Part shown: in pieces, positions 1 to 13,162 of the stretch
Position numbering within the stretch: position 1 is the stretch's first letter
Layout of the letters: each line of letters opens with the position of its first letter
Source of the DNA: Rhynchobatus australiae
Lineage: Eukaryota
Length of the DNA: 63,638 bases
NCBI GenBank assembly: GCA_034780895.1
Contig: JAUZTB010000070.1
Location: 13,346,610 to 13,410,247 of the forward strand
Reading direction: 5' to 3'
Made by a program: the position numbers and the translations under genes
The notes under the pieces: model-generated
Told to the model about the DNA's origin: nothing
Seen by the model: only the letters and a program-made list of their open reading frames with translations
Database searches by the model: none

Positions 1-90
1 TGCTGGAGGAACTCAGTGGGTCAGGCAGCATCTGTGGAGGGAAATGGACAGTCGACGTTTCAGGTTGAGACTCATGGTATGGACTGGGAG
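1..90 (-). mobile_element. Penelope-like element terminal repeat fragment with decayed hammerhead motif
   Basis: Minus strand reads CAGTC...GAAACGTCGACTGTCCATTTCCCTCCACAGATGCTGCCTGACCCACTGAGTTCCTCCAGCA. The same unit recurs many times in the window. Confidence 0.7.
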
Positions 91-1821
91 TGGGGCATTT
101 AGGCCTTCAGTTTTGGCCAATTATCCATTGAAATATTGGCTAACCTGTGACCCAACTCCATACAGCTGCTTTTTCCAACATCCTTTACTATCTATAGTTA
201 TCAAAAAGCAATCAACCTTAAAAGTAAAATTAACAACTGATGTACCATTAATTGCCACATGTAAAAAAATTGTTCTTTGTTTCTCCCACCCTTTCTGTGT
301 AGAAGTGTTTCCTAACTTCACTCCTGGAAGGTCTGGCTCTGATTTTTAGACTCCCCAACCTATAAATTCCCTCTGTCTACACTATCACTTACCCGTAATA
401 TCTTCAAAACTTCAATTAAATCACCCCTTAACTTCTTAAATTCTCAGCATGCAGCTCTGATTTCTGTAATCTTTCATCATTTAACTGTTGAAGTTCAGGC
501 ACCAATTTGGTAAATCCACACCTAATTCCTGACAAGCTAAAATATCCATTCCAATGTAGGGTGCATGGACCTGCTCCCACTACTCCAGGTGTGCATAACT
601 TTGTATAGCTACCGGGGCTTTGTATAGCTGCAATGTAAACTCTTTTCACTTATACTCGAGTCTTCTGGATATAAAGACCTGAAGTTTTATTTTCCATTGT
701 TTTCTATACTTGTCCATGATGTTTTATTGATATACATAAAGGAATACCAGGATCACTTCCGTTCATCCTCATTTTCAGCTTTCTACCATTTAAAAAGTAC
801 TTAAATCTATTTTTATACAAGATACTGGAAAGGTGAAATAAAAATGGAAATACACAGCAGATCAGACAGCATCCAACCATAGCGATCAATGATCATTATA
901 GAAATGGATTCTCCCTGGTGTAGGCTAACTTTACCCAAGCCATTTGTCTTAATGTCTTTGGACTTTACTGATATCAGAGACAGGAAGTCCCTGTCTGTGA
1001 TGTCAGTAATTCTGCTACAACCCTGGCTGAGTTTGTATAACTAAACACAAACCACAGATAAATGACTTTTATTTACGTAGTGGTTTTATTGCAGTGGAAG
1101 GGCTCTCAAACTTCACTGGAGTTTATTTGGACAAAATAATTGATGTCAGCCAAAACATTGGCAAAATGACTCAAGGTTTGGTCGATGAGCTGAGTATTAA
1201 AGGTGATCTTGAAGGAGGAGAGAGCCAGAAAAGTGTGTTGTGTTCATGCAGAAGTCGTTCCCCTAAATATAAGTCTCCCTTTTCAAAAACTATAATCAAA
1301 TATGGTTCTCTGAGGGTCTGCTGACATTTTATTTCAATGTGAGTTAATATGTTAATTGAATGAAACTGATTATTCTCAGGAATCCTAAAGGAGAAAGTTG
1401 CATTCATCTGGTGCCTTGTTGCTGAATAGATTTGTTCTCTGTAGCTGCTGAGACTATTTTGTCAGGAGTTCCACAGTGGAACACTTGAGCTTTCTGAAAG
1501 TTATGGATTTCAGTTAGTTCAACAAATTTCACAGAATGAATAGATCATCACTAATGGCCCATGGTGCCTGGGTGATTTTTTTCAAAAGAATGTAATTCTT
1601 ACTGACATCCACCAGATCATTGAAGGTGGTGAGAAAACATAGTCAGTTAATTCTTGGTGGATGAATTTAGAGAAAATGGCATTCATATTCAACTTCATTA
1701 ACTCCGCACTAGGTGCATTTAAAGGCTCTGGTTTAATGCAATTTTGACAATCCCTAAAAACATGTCCCAAACAAAGTTGGATTCATGCATTGTTAAAAGT
1801 TATTATTGCTTTAATTTACAG

Positions 1822-1936
1822 ATCAGCAATGTGAGTTTCTTTATATCTGCCCCTATAATGATGTACCTATTACATCCCTATGCTCAAAAGAGGAACAGAG
1901 CTGTGTATCTCATCTGGGTCATGGTGATGTTAGTAG
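1822..1936 (+). CDS. ACER1: Alkaline ceramidase 1, coding exon 2 (115 bp)
   Basis: Acceptor ttacag, donor G|gtaagt. Translates ISNVSFFISAPIMMYLLHPYAQKRNRAVYLIWVMVMLV(G), matching the ACER1 segment SN..FF..GPLMM.LMHPYAQKR. Confidence 0.93.
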
Positions 1937-2350
1937 GTAAGTGCACAACGTAACAGCTGTCAAAGTGTGATCTATCACTGAATAACATGACATATTTAAA
2001 TGGGCTATACTAATCAACAAAATGTCTAGTTAGCGTACCTTATTTCATTTGCATTACTGCCAGATGAGCTGATCATCAGCATCTGAACAAAATGTGGTAC
2101 AAGTGATTTTGTTACTCCGATAGGCATTAAGTTTTCTCAGCAAAATGTTGAATGCTTTTGAAATTCCCACTGCTTGTACATCTTGCACTCACAAATGTTT
2201 GAATATTGGAAGATCCAGCAGTGCCACGTTTGGGAGATTTATCCATAGTAAACTTCACTCTAGTTCTTGAGTAGTGCAGTGCAGTTCCGTTTCACACGGC
2301 CTGTTTTGGAGACTTGTTCCTTAACTGACTCTTGTCCACACTTTCCACAC

Positions 2351-2364
2351 CTGCCACCTAGTGG
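2351..2364 (-). promoter_or_regulatory. Candidate CTCF site
   Basis: Minus strand CCACTAGGTGGCAG matches the CTCF core CCASYAGRKGGCRS. Motif match only. Confidence 0.5.
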
Positions 2365-2981
2365 TAGTCAAGTCGGTATTTCCTTCATTATACAAACACA
2401 CTAAAAGATTCAAATTCTTGATTCGGCTTTATTGCAGAACTACCTCATAACAAGTATAACAAGCTCTGTAACACTGATCCTTGGGGGTGTTCTATTCATA
2501 TCTTTTTTTCTCCATGTTATTGTTACTCTCTGCTTATTTAAATTTGATAACATTCAATTACTTCACCCATTTCCGAAATTTTTCAGTCATTAAGCACTGT
2601 CCATGACAGAAACAGTTGCACCAAAACATGACGCAATTTTCAAACTGGAAAATCATTCCAGTCAGTTGATGTTTTCTAGATGTTAGAGTGCTTTCCAAAA
2701 TTCAGGATTATATTGACATACATACAATCTCTGACAAGGGAATAGTGAGGCCAATGAATAAGTCCAACCAGAATCCAAAGTGAGATCACCTCATACAGCC
2801 CAGAGCAAAGACCCTGTGTCTGGTCACTTGTAGTTTGTAAGATTTTGTATCATTTGAAGATATGATTTTACATGAGTCATAAATGCTTAAAATCATTTTT
2901 TGAAAACTATAGGAAAATGAGACAATATATAGCTACAGTTTCCATTTAATTTGAACATTATATCTTTTTTAATAACAATAG

Positions 2982-3117
2982 GATGCTTCTCTGCATATTA
3001 CCACATGACTCTGAGCTACTTTGGTCAGTTATTGGATGAATTATCCATCCTGTGGGTGTTGGCTATTGCCTACATGCTGTGGTTTCCCAAGAGACACTTA
3101 AAGTTCATTAAAAGCAG
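2982..3117 (+). CDS. ACER1: Alkaline ceramidase 1, coding exon 3 (136 bp)
   Basis: Acceptor caatag, donor AG|gtaatt, phase compatible with both neighbours. Translates (G)[44 protein letters not shown](R), containing the CREST SxxxH motif and LLDE. Confidence 0.93.
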
Positions 3118-5805
3118 GTAATTTTTAAAAAAAAATTAAATAATAGTTGGGACTGTAAGTGCAAATTATAAGTTCAGGCACACACAACCCACAGTGTTCA
3201 AATGGTTGGCTCACTGTTGGCCCTTTATACTAATTCAATGTCCACCCTATGCTATACCAGTATAATCTATAGGAAACACTGCAGCAACTATCCAGGGTTA
3301 ATTCAACCATGCCTTCAGGCTTTACATTTATAACAGGATCTGCCCTCGTGTTAGTTGTTGCTGCAAGTTAGTCTAGAGAAAACAACTTAGCTCAGTGTCA
3401 AATTTTGTTAGTGATATATGCCTCCTCTGAGATGCTCAATTACTAATGTATCAGTCTGTGATTCCAGTAAGGTATTATGTATAACCACTGAAGACTGATT
3501 ATACAGTTTTCCTTGTCTCAAATGCAGCACTTGAAGAATTCCCACCCACAGATAATTTAATTGCCTCACCTTAAATCTTAACAATGAGCAACATTTTTGT
3601 GTTAAAGGGGATGTGTGTAAAAGTCTTGCGATGCAAAACAAATGTGCCCTTAAATCAAAGAAATTATAATGGAACTACAGTCAAAACAGACATAAATATC
3701 CACTCACTAATATTTAACTTGAGGAGTCCCTTTAAGCTGGAATGTGCAGAGCACCGTAAAGCTCAGGAAGGCACGCCGAACATTGAACTCCCAGTCTTGC
3801 GGGAGAAATTCTTGCGGTTGTGCTCTGGGGTAAAGAAGTGGCTCAGGCACACTGCCAGTGTGCAAGTCCACCTGAATAACCCAGGCAAACATGGAGAGAC
3901 AGTTTACAAACTGCTGGATCGTCATTAGATCATTTTCATTAACAAAATGGGCTCATTGCAGTGCCAAAATCAGCCTTCTGAGGCCATTAGCAACACTGAT
4001 GGTAAGAGGGATAAATATCCCTTGAAGCCAGCACTACTAGTGATAGGAAATGTGCTGCATGACCATGTTGCCCTGGTGTATCTTTTTGTGCCAATATGCA
4101 GCAGAAATTCCAATGGGTGGATGAAGCTGCAGGAGTCTGTTGTATCCACGTTGTGCTGCTTCACACAGTAACAGAAGCAGATTTTGGGCCTCTGTATTCA
4201 TATTGTTACATCTAATGCTATTAATTACTCACCATCAACATTTTCCATAATCTCCATTGCAGGAGTCACTGTTTTACATACACATTAAATATTCCATGCA
4301 TGTACTTATTTATTGTACAGCTTTCTGTATTATGATTTTATATAACATTTTTGCCATCTAGAACAGAAATTGTCCATCTAACCACTTATAGTGGCAATTT
4401 TCCAATATAACCATTTGCCCATTATGTTGTTGTTCTTCATGTGCACAGTACCTTCAGCTACTCGTTACATTTTACAGGCTCCCCCTCCTGTCACTGAACT
4501 ATTCAGCCTTTTGCAGCTGCCTGTCTATATTCTACAACTTTCGATTTTCTTCCTGCATCCAGACTCCATACCTCCCTTCCCTTTTGGATCCAAATTTTGG
4601 CCCTGTTGGTCTTCCCACTTACCTCTGTCAAAATTCTTGGACTTTCCTCCTGCAGATTCACAGTCTCTGACCCTGGCAGGCCTACTTCTAAAAATTTATC
4701 TCCCCACTACCCTGAAGGTTTGTCTTCGACCCAGTGCAGGGGCAGAAGTTTTACAGACCTTTGGCTCTTTTTCCGTTGGCGACATCTGGCCTCTCCTTCC
4801 ATTTTCCAAATTTTCAGGTATCTGCTCCAATCCCCTGGTGGTTTCAAAACTTTTAACCCCACTTCAGCCCTCTGTGTGTGTTTCTAATCGAGCCTGGCCT
4901 GACTTGTCCGCACTTGAGAGTTTGCAGCACGGGCACTTGTGTTCATGGAGAATCGGTAGGTTGGTAGGTTAATTGGCCATTATAAATTGCCCCGGTGTGT
5001 AGGCTAGTGGCAGAACCAGAGAAACAAAGTTAACATTTCAGGTCAAAGATACCATTTGACTGAGGATTTCCAGCATTTTCTGTTTTATTTGTTGAGCAGT
5101 ATATTGCAGTAGATGAACATTACATTCCTCCAACTAAAGTTATGGAAAGACTGAAACCATAGCCTTCAACCTCATGACCAACTATGTTCTCTGAGTATCT
5201 AATCCATCTCCCCTCTGACATCCATTTGAAGTGAAGTAGTTTGATTGTAGCCTTGATGCTGCATCTAACCCTGAAGTGAACTCTCAGGCCTTTCTACTTC
5301 CATCTCTGTAACATAATCCTACTTTACTACCTGTCTTGGTGCTTCTTCTGCTGAAACCCTCATGATACCTTTGTTATTCTAGGGTTGGCTTTTGAAATAC
5401 ATTTCCAGTTATCTTCCCTCATTCTACACTTTGTAAACTTGAGGTGATCCAAAACTGTATCCTGTTCATTCATTACCACTGTACTTACCAAGCTACATTG
5501 GCTCCCAGATAAATAACATTTCATGTTAAAACTCTTTCCAAATCCTCCCATGCCCTCATTCATCTTTAGCTCTGTAATCTCCCTCAGCCTTCCAAGATTT
5601 CTGCTCTTGTAATTCTGGACACTTGATCGTTCCTAATTCTAATTGTTCACATTTAATTGCTGATTAATCCTCTGTTCATCCTTTCCCCTTACTTTAATAA
5701 TACTTCTGAGAAGCTTCTTGATGAGCTTTTCCACACCAAAAGCATTGTTGGTGAGAAATAATCTTTCAGTCCAAAATTTACTGAAATGTGTTTTCCTTTC
5801 TCTAG

Positions 5806-5943
5806 GAAGACTTTTTCATTGATTGTCTTTCTCATTGCACTGCTGAGCACAGTCCTGTCATTTTTTAAACCAACAGTGAATGCTTATGCACTGAATAGCG
5901 TTGCCTTGCACATCATTTATGTGATTACACTTGAACTGAAAAG
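5806..5943 (+). CDS. ACER1: Alkaline ceramidase 1, coding exon 4 (138 bp)
   Basis: Polypyrimidine tract plus tctag acceptor, donor AG|gtaaga. Translates KTFSLIVFLIALLSTVLSFFKPTVNAYALNSVALHIIYVITLELK; PTVNAYALNS is typical of ACER1. Confidence 0.93.
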
Positions 5944-7669
5944 GTAAGAACTTTACAAAAACACAGTATTAAACATGGAAACATAATTTGCAGTGAAACA
6001 ATTAAAAATATTCATTCTAATAGTAGTGTACTAACCTGCATGGTAGTTAAAGTGTGGTGTTTTATTTCAGTCTGGAACATGGTCCATTGTTTGTTAATTA
6101 CATGTGAAAAATATCTTCAACATTAATTTTGGCTGTGCCAGTTTTGTTTATAATTAATTCATTTTTCAGAATAGGGNNNNNNNNNNNNNNNNNNNNNNNN
6201 NNNNNNNNNNNNNNNNNNNNNNNNNNNNNNNNNNNNNNNNNNNNNNNNNNNNNNNNNNNNNNNNNNNNNNNNNNNNNNNNNNNNGAAGGTGCTCCCCCAG
6301 CGCTGTTGGGTAGGGTGTTCCAGGACTTGGGTTCAGTAATGATGAAGGAATGGCTATCTTGACCCAATCAACTAAGAGGGGTTAAGTAGAATGCATCCCA
6401 GATTAGCATGTCTTCAGAAATTCCTTATCATTCTACTTCTGCCAGACAATGACAAGCATCTACCCAACGGGTCCACCCCGACCCAATCCATGTGCAGACT
6501 GGGGTCAAGCAAGGTTACATTGTGCACCAGCTCTCTTCCCATTCTTCCTCACTGTAGTACTGCACCTCAGCTCCAACAAGCTCCCTGTTGGAGTGGAGCT
6601 AATCTACAAGATAGGTGGGGAACTGTTCAACCTTCAATTCTGCAATACATGTCATGTGCTTCTTGCTATTCGTGTGGACAGTTTATGAAAGATACAGGCC
6701 TCAAAGGCAGGAGCAGATCACAGGGATGAGGCTTCTGCTCACGGTTAATCCAAGGCATCAATCTTCCTCCAGCGTTACCTTCTATCCAGAATAATCATAC
6801 TCCTGCCATTTTCACGTTCCATCTCCATTCCCTGTTGGTCATTTCCTCAGAGCTCATCTCTCAACCCCTCCCCTACAATCTGAAGCCTTTAAAACTTCCA
6901 CATGACCTCCTCTGATCTCCTCCACACTATCTAATAATCTGCAATCTTCTTTCCACCCCGATCTCCATACACCTCTCCACCTCCCTAGTACCCCCATCAA
7001 TCATCTGTCAGAGTCCCAGTCACCACTCCAAACCCTGTTATTCTCCCTAGTCCACTCTGATCTTCTCCCATTGAAGAATTTCCAGCCAACTCACCCTTCT
7101 TTGCACACTGCTGCAGGATTAGTGGCAGACTACACCTCCAGAGGATGTCATCTCCAACTTGTATTGTCTCTCTACCAGTTAATGTGCTCAGGTCTAATGG
7201 GATAGGCAATAGCACCCACAAATTGGAAGTGCTATCACCAGGCCAGGGTTAATGTAGGTGAAATAACATCAGCTATGAGAATGCACTTTACTGTGCATTA
7301 TGGACAGATTATTGCTAAAGCAGTTTGAGTAGCCAATCGGTTGCACCATTATTAATGATGCAGGGTCTTTTGGTAAGTATGAGTAAGCTAATTAACTGCA
7401 GAAATAGCACAATATGTCCTGACTGAGGAATAGCAGAGACAGCACAAACCGGTCCTTTATTACAGACAGTCTGAGATCTGGTGTCAAAGAACCAATCCAA
7501 GCAGAAGACACAGGAGTTAAGGCGTCAATGAATAGTCGTTGAATTCTATCATTCATCCAATTCACCTGGAGAAGGGTCTTACCTAATGAAAGTGAAGGCA
7601 TGAGCAACAAACGATTGAACTGCCACTCATGGTTATCAAAGAGAGAGAGTAGTTGGACTCAGTCGTAGA

Positions 7670-8005
7670 GTTGTTCAGCTCAGAAATGGGCCCTTTGGTC
7701 CGTCACATCCATGCTGACCTTTTTGCCTGTCTGCACTAATCCCATTTGCCTGCATTAGGACCATATCTATCCACTCCCTGCCTACTTAAGTCTACATGCC
7801 TCTTAATCATATTAATTGTATCTGACTCCACCACCTCCTCTGGCAGCGTGTTCTAGATATCAACCACTCTCTGGGTAAAGATACTTACCCCTCAGATCCC
7901 CTTTAAAACTCCTACCTCTCACCTTAAAACTATGCCCTCTTGTTTTTATTATCCATACAATGGGGAAAAGATTCTGACTATCTACCCTATCTGTGCCCCT
8001 GATAA
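7670..8005 (-). mobile_element. CR1-type (HER1-like) LINE 3' fragment
   Basis: Frame KIIRGTDRVDSQNLFP...KTRGHSFKVRGRSFKGDLRGK is the CR1 ORF2 C-terminus, followed by the typical 3' UTR. Confidence 0.85.
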
Positions 8006-8563
8006 TCTTGTCTACTTGCTCAGGAGCTGATAAAGTGGGCCTCCTTCTTGGGCCCAGCCTGAGTTGAATAATTATTGGTGTCCTGGTAATCAGAAATCCC
8101 ACCTTGGAAGAGGATGAAAGGAGATTTTCCCACCCTCAGTTACCTGCACAAAATCAAACAGGCTGCCTGTCTCTGGGGGAGCTAAAAATGTTCTAATGCA
8201 CCTGGTTTGGGGATTTGCAGTAGACTGGCATTTCAACAACTCTGGATACAGTATTGACATCGGCTACATCCAGAGCTGCCAGAATGCCGACCTACTGTGG
8301 ATATACTCATCGTAACTGGAAAATATATTTACAATGCTCACACTGAATGGCCTCAGCAGAGACAGAACATCTCCAGAGCAAAGGAATATTAGACCAGGGT
8401 TCAAGAAAATAAAGTTGTAGATTTGGGGAGGAAAGCAAAGTATTTCAGAGAAGCAGATGAGGAAATAGCTGAGAGCATTGATATAAGTATGGGATTAGTG
8501 ATGAAAAGGAATGGGACCAATTGTAACTCTGAGGAATCATGAAGCTTTGTGTTTATTTTTCAG

Positions 8564-8701
8564 GTGTACAAATCAAAGAATAATTCATCTTGCCTTTGCC
8601 ACGGTGGCTTGGTGGTTTATAGCAATTTCTTGCTGGCTAAGTGATCGTTTGCTCTGTGCTTTCTGGAGACAGATTAACTTTTACTACCTTCATAGCTTCT
8701 G
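8564..8701 (+). CDS. ACER1: Alkaline ceramidase 1, coding exon 5 (138 bp)
   Basis: Acceptor tttttcag, donor TG|gtaaaa. Translates CTNQRIIHLAFATVAWWFIAISCWLSDRLLCAFWRQINFYYLHSF(W), with SDRLLC.FW and the first half of the HxxWH zinc motif. Confidence 0.93.
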
Positions 8702-9139
8702 GTAAAAAAAAAGTTTCAAAAATTACAAAAACATTTTAGTACGGTTTTTATTATTTGTGATTTCAGATTTTTCTCAAGGTACCTCTTATAGATAATGTTA
8801 ATTATGATATTCTTGGGTGTTTTCAATTCTCTCTCTAGATTCTTAAGGTACATTAGGTTACTCTTCTAGGTGATTCTGAACCTTCTGTACTGCAGTGAGT
8901 ACCTTCAAATACCACTAATGTCTAGGTCAGCTTTTGTCATGTTCCTAAGATTACAAACTGAAAAATCTTTCGACTAATTAACTCTGGAATTAGTGGATGT
9001 CTCTACATGATCCAGCAGGACATTGCAACATCAACCTTTATACTTTGACTATTGTGCTAATGGGTTTTCTGTAATGTTGCTGATGGTGTATTGATAGCAA
9101 TAGGATTGTTAAACACCATAACAGAAATTGCCTCGTAAC

Positions 9140-10470
9140 ATATGAAGCCATCCTTAGTGGGGGACCTTAGTGGGAAATGTTTGACTAATCCACTGGAATT
9201 CTTTGATGAGGAGGAAAACCAGTGGATGTGGCATATTGGGATTTTCAGAAGATCTGCAACAAGGTCTCACACAGGAAGTTGGTCAACAAAGTCAGATCAC
9301 ATGGAATTGGAGATAATGTACTGACGTGGATTGAGAATTGGTTATGGGACAGAAAAAAGGCAAGAATAAACAATCTTAGGTTGGCAGCCTGCATCAGGTG
9401 GGACATCAGAGGGGACAGTGTTTACGACCCAATTATTCACAGTCTATATCAACAATTTGCTTGATGGGCCTAAATGTTATATTTCCAAGTTTGCTAATGA
9501 TACAAAACTAGGTGAGATTGTGAATGAGGAGGCGGGTGGGGAGCCTTCAAGGGGATATGGACAAGCTGAGTAAATGGGTAGGACACAGCAGCTGCAATAA
9601 TATGCGGATACATTTAAAATTATCCACATTGATACACAGAACAGAAAAGCAGCTTGTTTTTGTACACCAGTCACTGATTAAAAAACCAAATGGTATGTTG
9701 ATCTTTATTACGAGAGATTTGAGCATGGGAATAAGGTCTTTTAAGAGACTTTTGGATAGGTACATGGAGCTGAGAAAAATAGAGNNNNNNNNNNNNNNNN
9801 NNNNNNNNNNNNNNNNNNNNNNNNNNNNNNNNNNNNNNNNNNNNNNNNNNNNNNNNNNNNNNNNNNNNNNNNNNNNNNNNNNNNTTTCTAAGGTAGGGAC
9901 ATGTTCGGCACAGCTTTGTGGGCCAAAGGGCCTGAACTGTGCTGTAGGTTTTCTATGTTTCCTTACTACAATTATACAGGGCCTTAGACTGTAAATGGAG
10001 TATTGTGTGTAGTGCTGACCTCCTTAGCTCAACAAGAATATCCCTTCCACTTGAGGGAGTGCAACAAAGATTCATTAGACTGGTTCCAGAGATGGCAGAT
10101 TTGCCATATGAGCAGGGGTTGAGCTGAGTGTGCCGGTACTCCCTAGGATAGCAAGGAAATCTCAATGAAAATTCCTACAGGGCTCAACAGGCTGGGTGCA
10201 GGGTGGATATCTCCCCTGGTGGAGGAGTCAAGAACTACAGGTGACTGGCTCAGAATAAGGATGGGCCATTTAGGAATGAGATGAGGGGAAACTGCTCCAT
10301 GCAGAAGGGTGATGAACCTTTGGAATTCTCTACCCTGGAAGACTGCAGAGGCTCAGTTATTGAGTTCATTTAAAATTAAGATTTCTGGACAGTGAAGTAA
10401 AATGGCACTGAGGTAAATCGGCCTTGATGATTGGCAGAGGAGGTTTGAAGACATAAATGACCAGCCCCCC
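9140..10470 (+). mobile_element. Decayed CR1 LINE ORF2 (RT) with a nested CR1 3' end at about 9735-9960
   Basis: DVAYWDFQKICNKVSHRKLVNKVRSHGIGDNVLTWIENWL and ISKFANDTKLG (decayed FADD) are CR1 RT motifs, with frameshifts and stops. Confidence 0.85.
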
Positions 10471-12416
10471 CCCCCATTTCTTAAGTTTGAAATAGGGTTA
10501 GATGCCAGAGTGTAACTGGACTAACCTAAAAGCAAAATCTGAAATAAAAGCAGAAAATGCGGATATCTCAGGTCAGCCAACTTCTGTGGAGGGACAAACA
10601 AGAGTTAATATTGCATCAATGAGTTTACATCAGAACCAAAAAAAAAGTTGGTAATTAAACAAGTTTTAAATTGCAAAGAAAGAGAGAAGGGGTGCAGAGA
10701 ATGAAAGGGTCAATCTGTCATGGGGGTGAAGATGCGAGCAGTGGTCACGTTATCTGAAAGGGGAGGGTAAAGGCTAGGGAACAGCATGGGTGTGTGTGGG
10801 GAGGGGGTCAGTGGGAGGAGATGAAGGAAATCCGAAATCGTCAAAAGAGGAGACTTGGATGCCCAGAGTAATTCAGTCCCCATAGTAGGGGAGACTGGTT
10901 ATTGGCATTTGTTTACATAGCCACTCATTGTCAGTGTGGGCATCAGAATCTATAATGAAAGTTTGCATTAAGTATGTAAAATTTTATGGATAGATAAATA
11001 ATGACAATTATACATAAGAAAGGTTATATTAGTTAACTTTATGCTGTGTTACCATTCTTTTGAATTAATTCTTGGTCTGTGCATCTTCTCACCACTGTGT
11101 TGGTAAAACTGATCTGACTGTTTTGTTCTCTTTCTCCTTGGGTTTGAAAAAAAGAGTTTCCTGGATTGAAATAACTGAAAATGCAACTTATTACCATATT
11201 GGTAATATACATGCCTGAATAAATCACACAGCATCATCTATATAATATAAACTGAAATAGTAATAGTTTAGGGCAGACTGGAATGGAATAATATCCTAAA
11301 TATCTGTACAGGTGTGGGTAGAGTCTGGGGGCTAGAAAACCTGTACCTTGAAAGTTTGATCCAGCAAGCACAGGCTTATCAGCTTGACGTACCGAGGCAA
11401 TGCAGAGAGACAAGCTGGATTGCTTTTGAATAGATCTGGCATGGACGCAATGGGTCAAATGGCCCCCATCCCTGCTGTAACTTTTCTGTGAATTGTGTGG
11501 CTCATGTTCACTTTCAGAACTGTAATCTTGCAGACAGATCAACAAAATCTTGCAGTATTATTAACAACTTAGGCTGAGAATAACAACCCTACCTGCAGAT
11601 GTCCTTTGACGTTGTGTAGTGAAGAGTTGAATCAGATTTTCACTCAGCAGACTGAGGCCTCAATTTGTTGTGGTTTATTTTAATCTCATTTATTGTAGTT
11701 TAGTTTAACCTCATTTATACTCAGGAATTATTGGTAGCCACATTATATTTAACAACCAAACCCTCCTCATGAATCATAGGGGTTTTATGAAAAGTATGAC
11801 AGACAGAGATTCAGTGATGGCAAATAGAATTAAAAAAATAATTTGCCATGTTTCAAGGGTTGAATTTATGTATTTATTAAGGGTTAGTGTAGGACATTCC
11901 AAGGGGGAAAGCAAGGCTTGTTAATAATGTACATCTTTTATTGTTATTTTACCTGTTTGTCATTTGATGAATATGTCAGATCTTTCTAGTCTAAGTCACA
12001 GTGTAATAGAGTGTCTACTACTCTCTGTCCAAGGTCCAGTAGAAAATATTGAGACAAGTTGCAGTAAGGAGTACGTAATTTCCATTGACCTTTGGGAGCT
12101 TATATTTAGGAGCTTTAGACAAGTCCTTGCATTGGTTAATGCAGGAGGTAAGACTATGGATGAAATGCCACAACAAACGAAAACCCAGCTCCTTTGAGTG
12201 AAAACCTGGCTCAATTCCTTTTCAATTCTTATAGGGACGGTCAATCATATTAAACTTAAGTAAAAATCTGAGCATAAACCCAGTTCTATCAATTGTAGCT
12301 CACAATAATTTTCCATTTTAGTGAGCTTTATCACAACTTATGACAGTGAATCATTGTTCCAAATATGACATTGAATGTTTGTCACCTGCCCTGGTACAAG
12401 ACAACATTAGTACACT

Positions 12417-12431
12417 GCTGCCCTCTGCTGG
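12417..12431 (-). promoter_or_regulatory. Candidate CTCF site
   Basis: Minus strand CCAGCAGAGGGCAGC matches the CTCF core consensus. Motif match only. Confidence 0.5.
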
Positions 12432-12670
12432 GATACTGTGCTTTGCATAAATACCTCTGGATAAGTTAGTTTCATTAACCAATCTATATGTCCTTAAGAC
12501 AAATTACGAATGACATGGTCACAAACTGGTGTGCTTACATGGCTAAGAACTTTTGGTACTGAGTTTGCTCTTTGGCTTTAAGTGTGAAAGAGACTAAAGT
12601 ACAGCAATGAACAAATGCACTCCCAAATTTCTACGCAGCTTATTTTATTCTTCTGTTCCTTTTTTTACAG

Positions 12671-12848
12671 GCATGTGCTAATTAATATGGCAGTTATCCA
12701 TGGTGCAACACTGTTTGCATATTTTGATGCATTTTATGAAATTCCAGAGACCAACCCTGAAGTGAAATATTGGCCTGAAAACTGGCGATACCTGAGTGTG
12801 CCATATCTTGCTATAACAACTAAGGATCCTCTCCAAAAGAGTTGTTGA
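12671..12848 (+). CDS. ACER1: Alkaline ceramidase 1, last coding exon with stop codon
   Basis: Acceptor ttttttacag. Translates HVLINMAVIHGATLFAYFDAFYEIPETNPEVKYWPENWRYLSVPYLAITTKDPLQKSC*, completing HSFWH and carrying the YWP...PY tail of alkaline ceramidases. Confidence 0.93.
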
Positions 12849-13162
12849 TGGGATTGTGCAATGTTAAATCATGTTAAACACATTATTAATCAATGCCTAC
12901 ATATATTACATGTAAGGTGCTCCTGTGGGAGTTTTAATTATGGTCATTGGAAAGAGTCTAATCTGAACTGATGTATTTGTCTTTTACATACACTGGTAAA
13001 ATTATTAAGTGGATAGAAATGTTGTCAAACTTTAAAATCTGCAGCACTTATTTCTGTTTTAATTATATCCAATTGATTATGATTTTGTGAATTCTGGCTT
13101 CATTGGTGAAGTCTGGAGACAATGTTATTAAAATCTTTTTTTTAACCCAATATCAGTATAAA

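Noticed and set aside
1-1821. Search for ACER1 exon 1 (S.VDWCE.N motif)
   Set aside because: No such coding segment was found; it is presumably upstream of the window.
3584-3928. Overlapping 114-aa (+) and 72-aa (-) ORFs in ACER1 intron 3
   Set aside because: No recognisable homology or convincing splice context, so a nested gene cannot be supported.
4391-4972. 193-aa ORF, the longest in the window
   Set aside because: Non-ATG start, Leu/Pro/Ser-rich translation of pyrimidine-rich intronic DNA, no motifs, and it ends in a SINE fragment.
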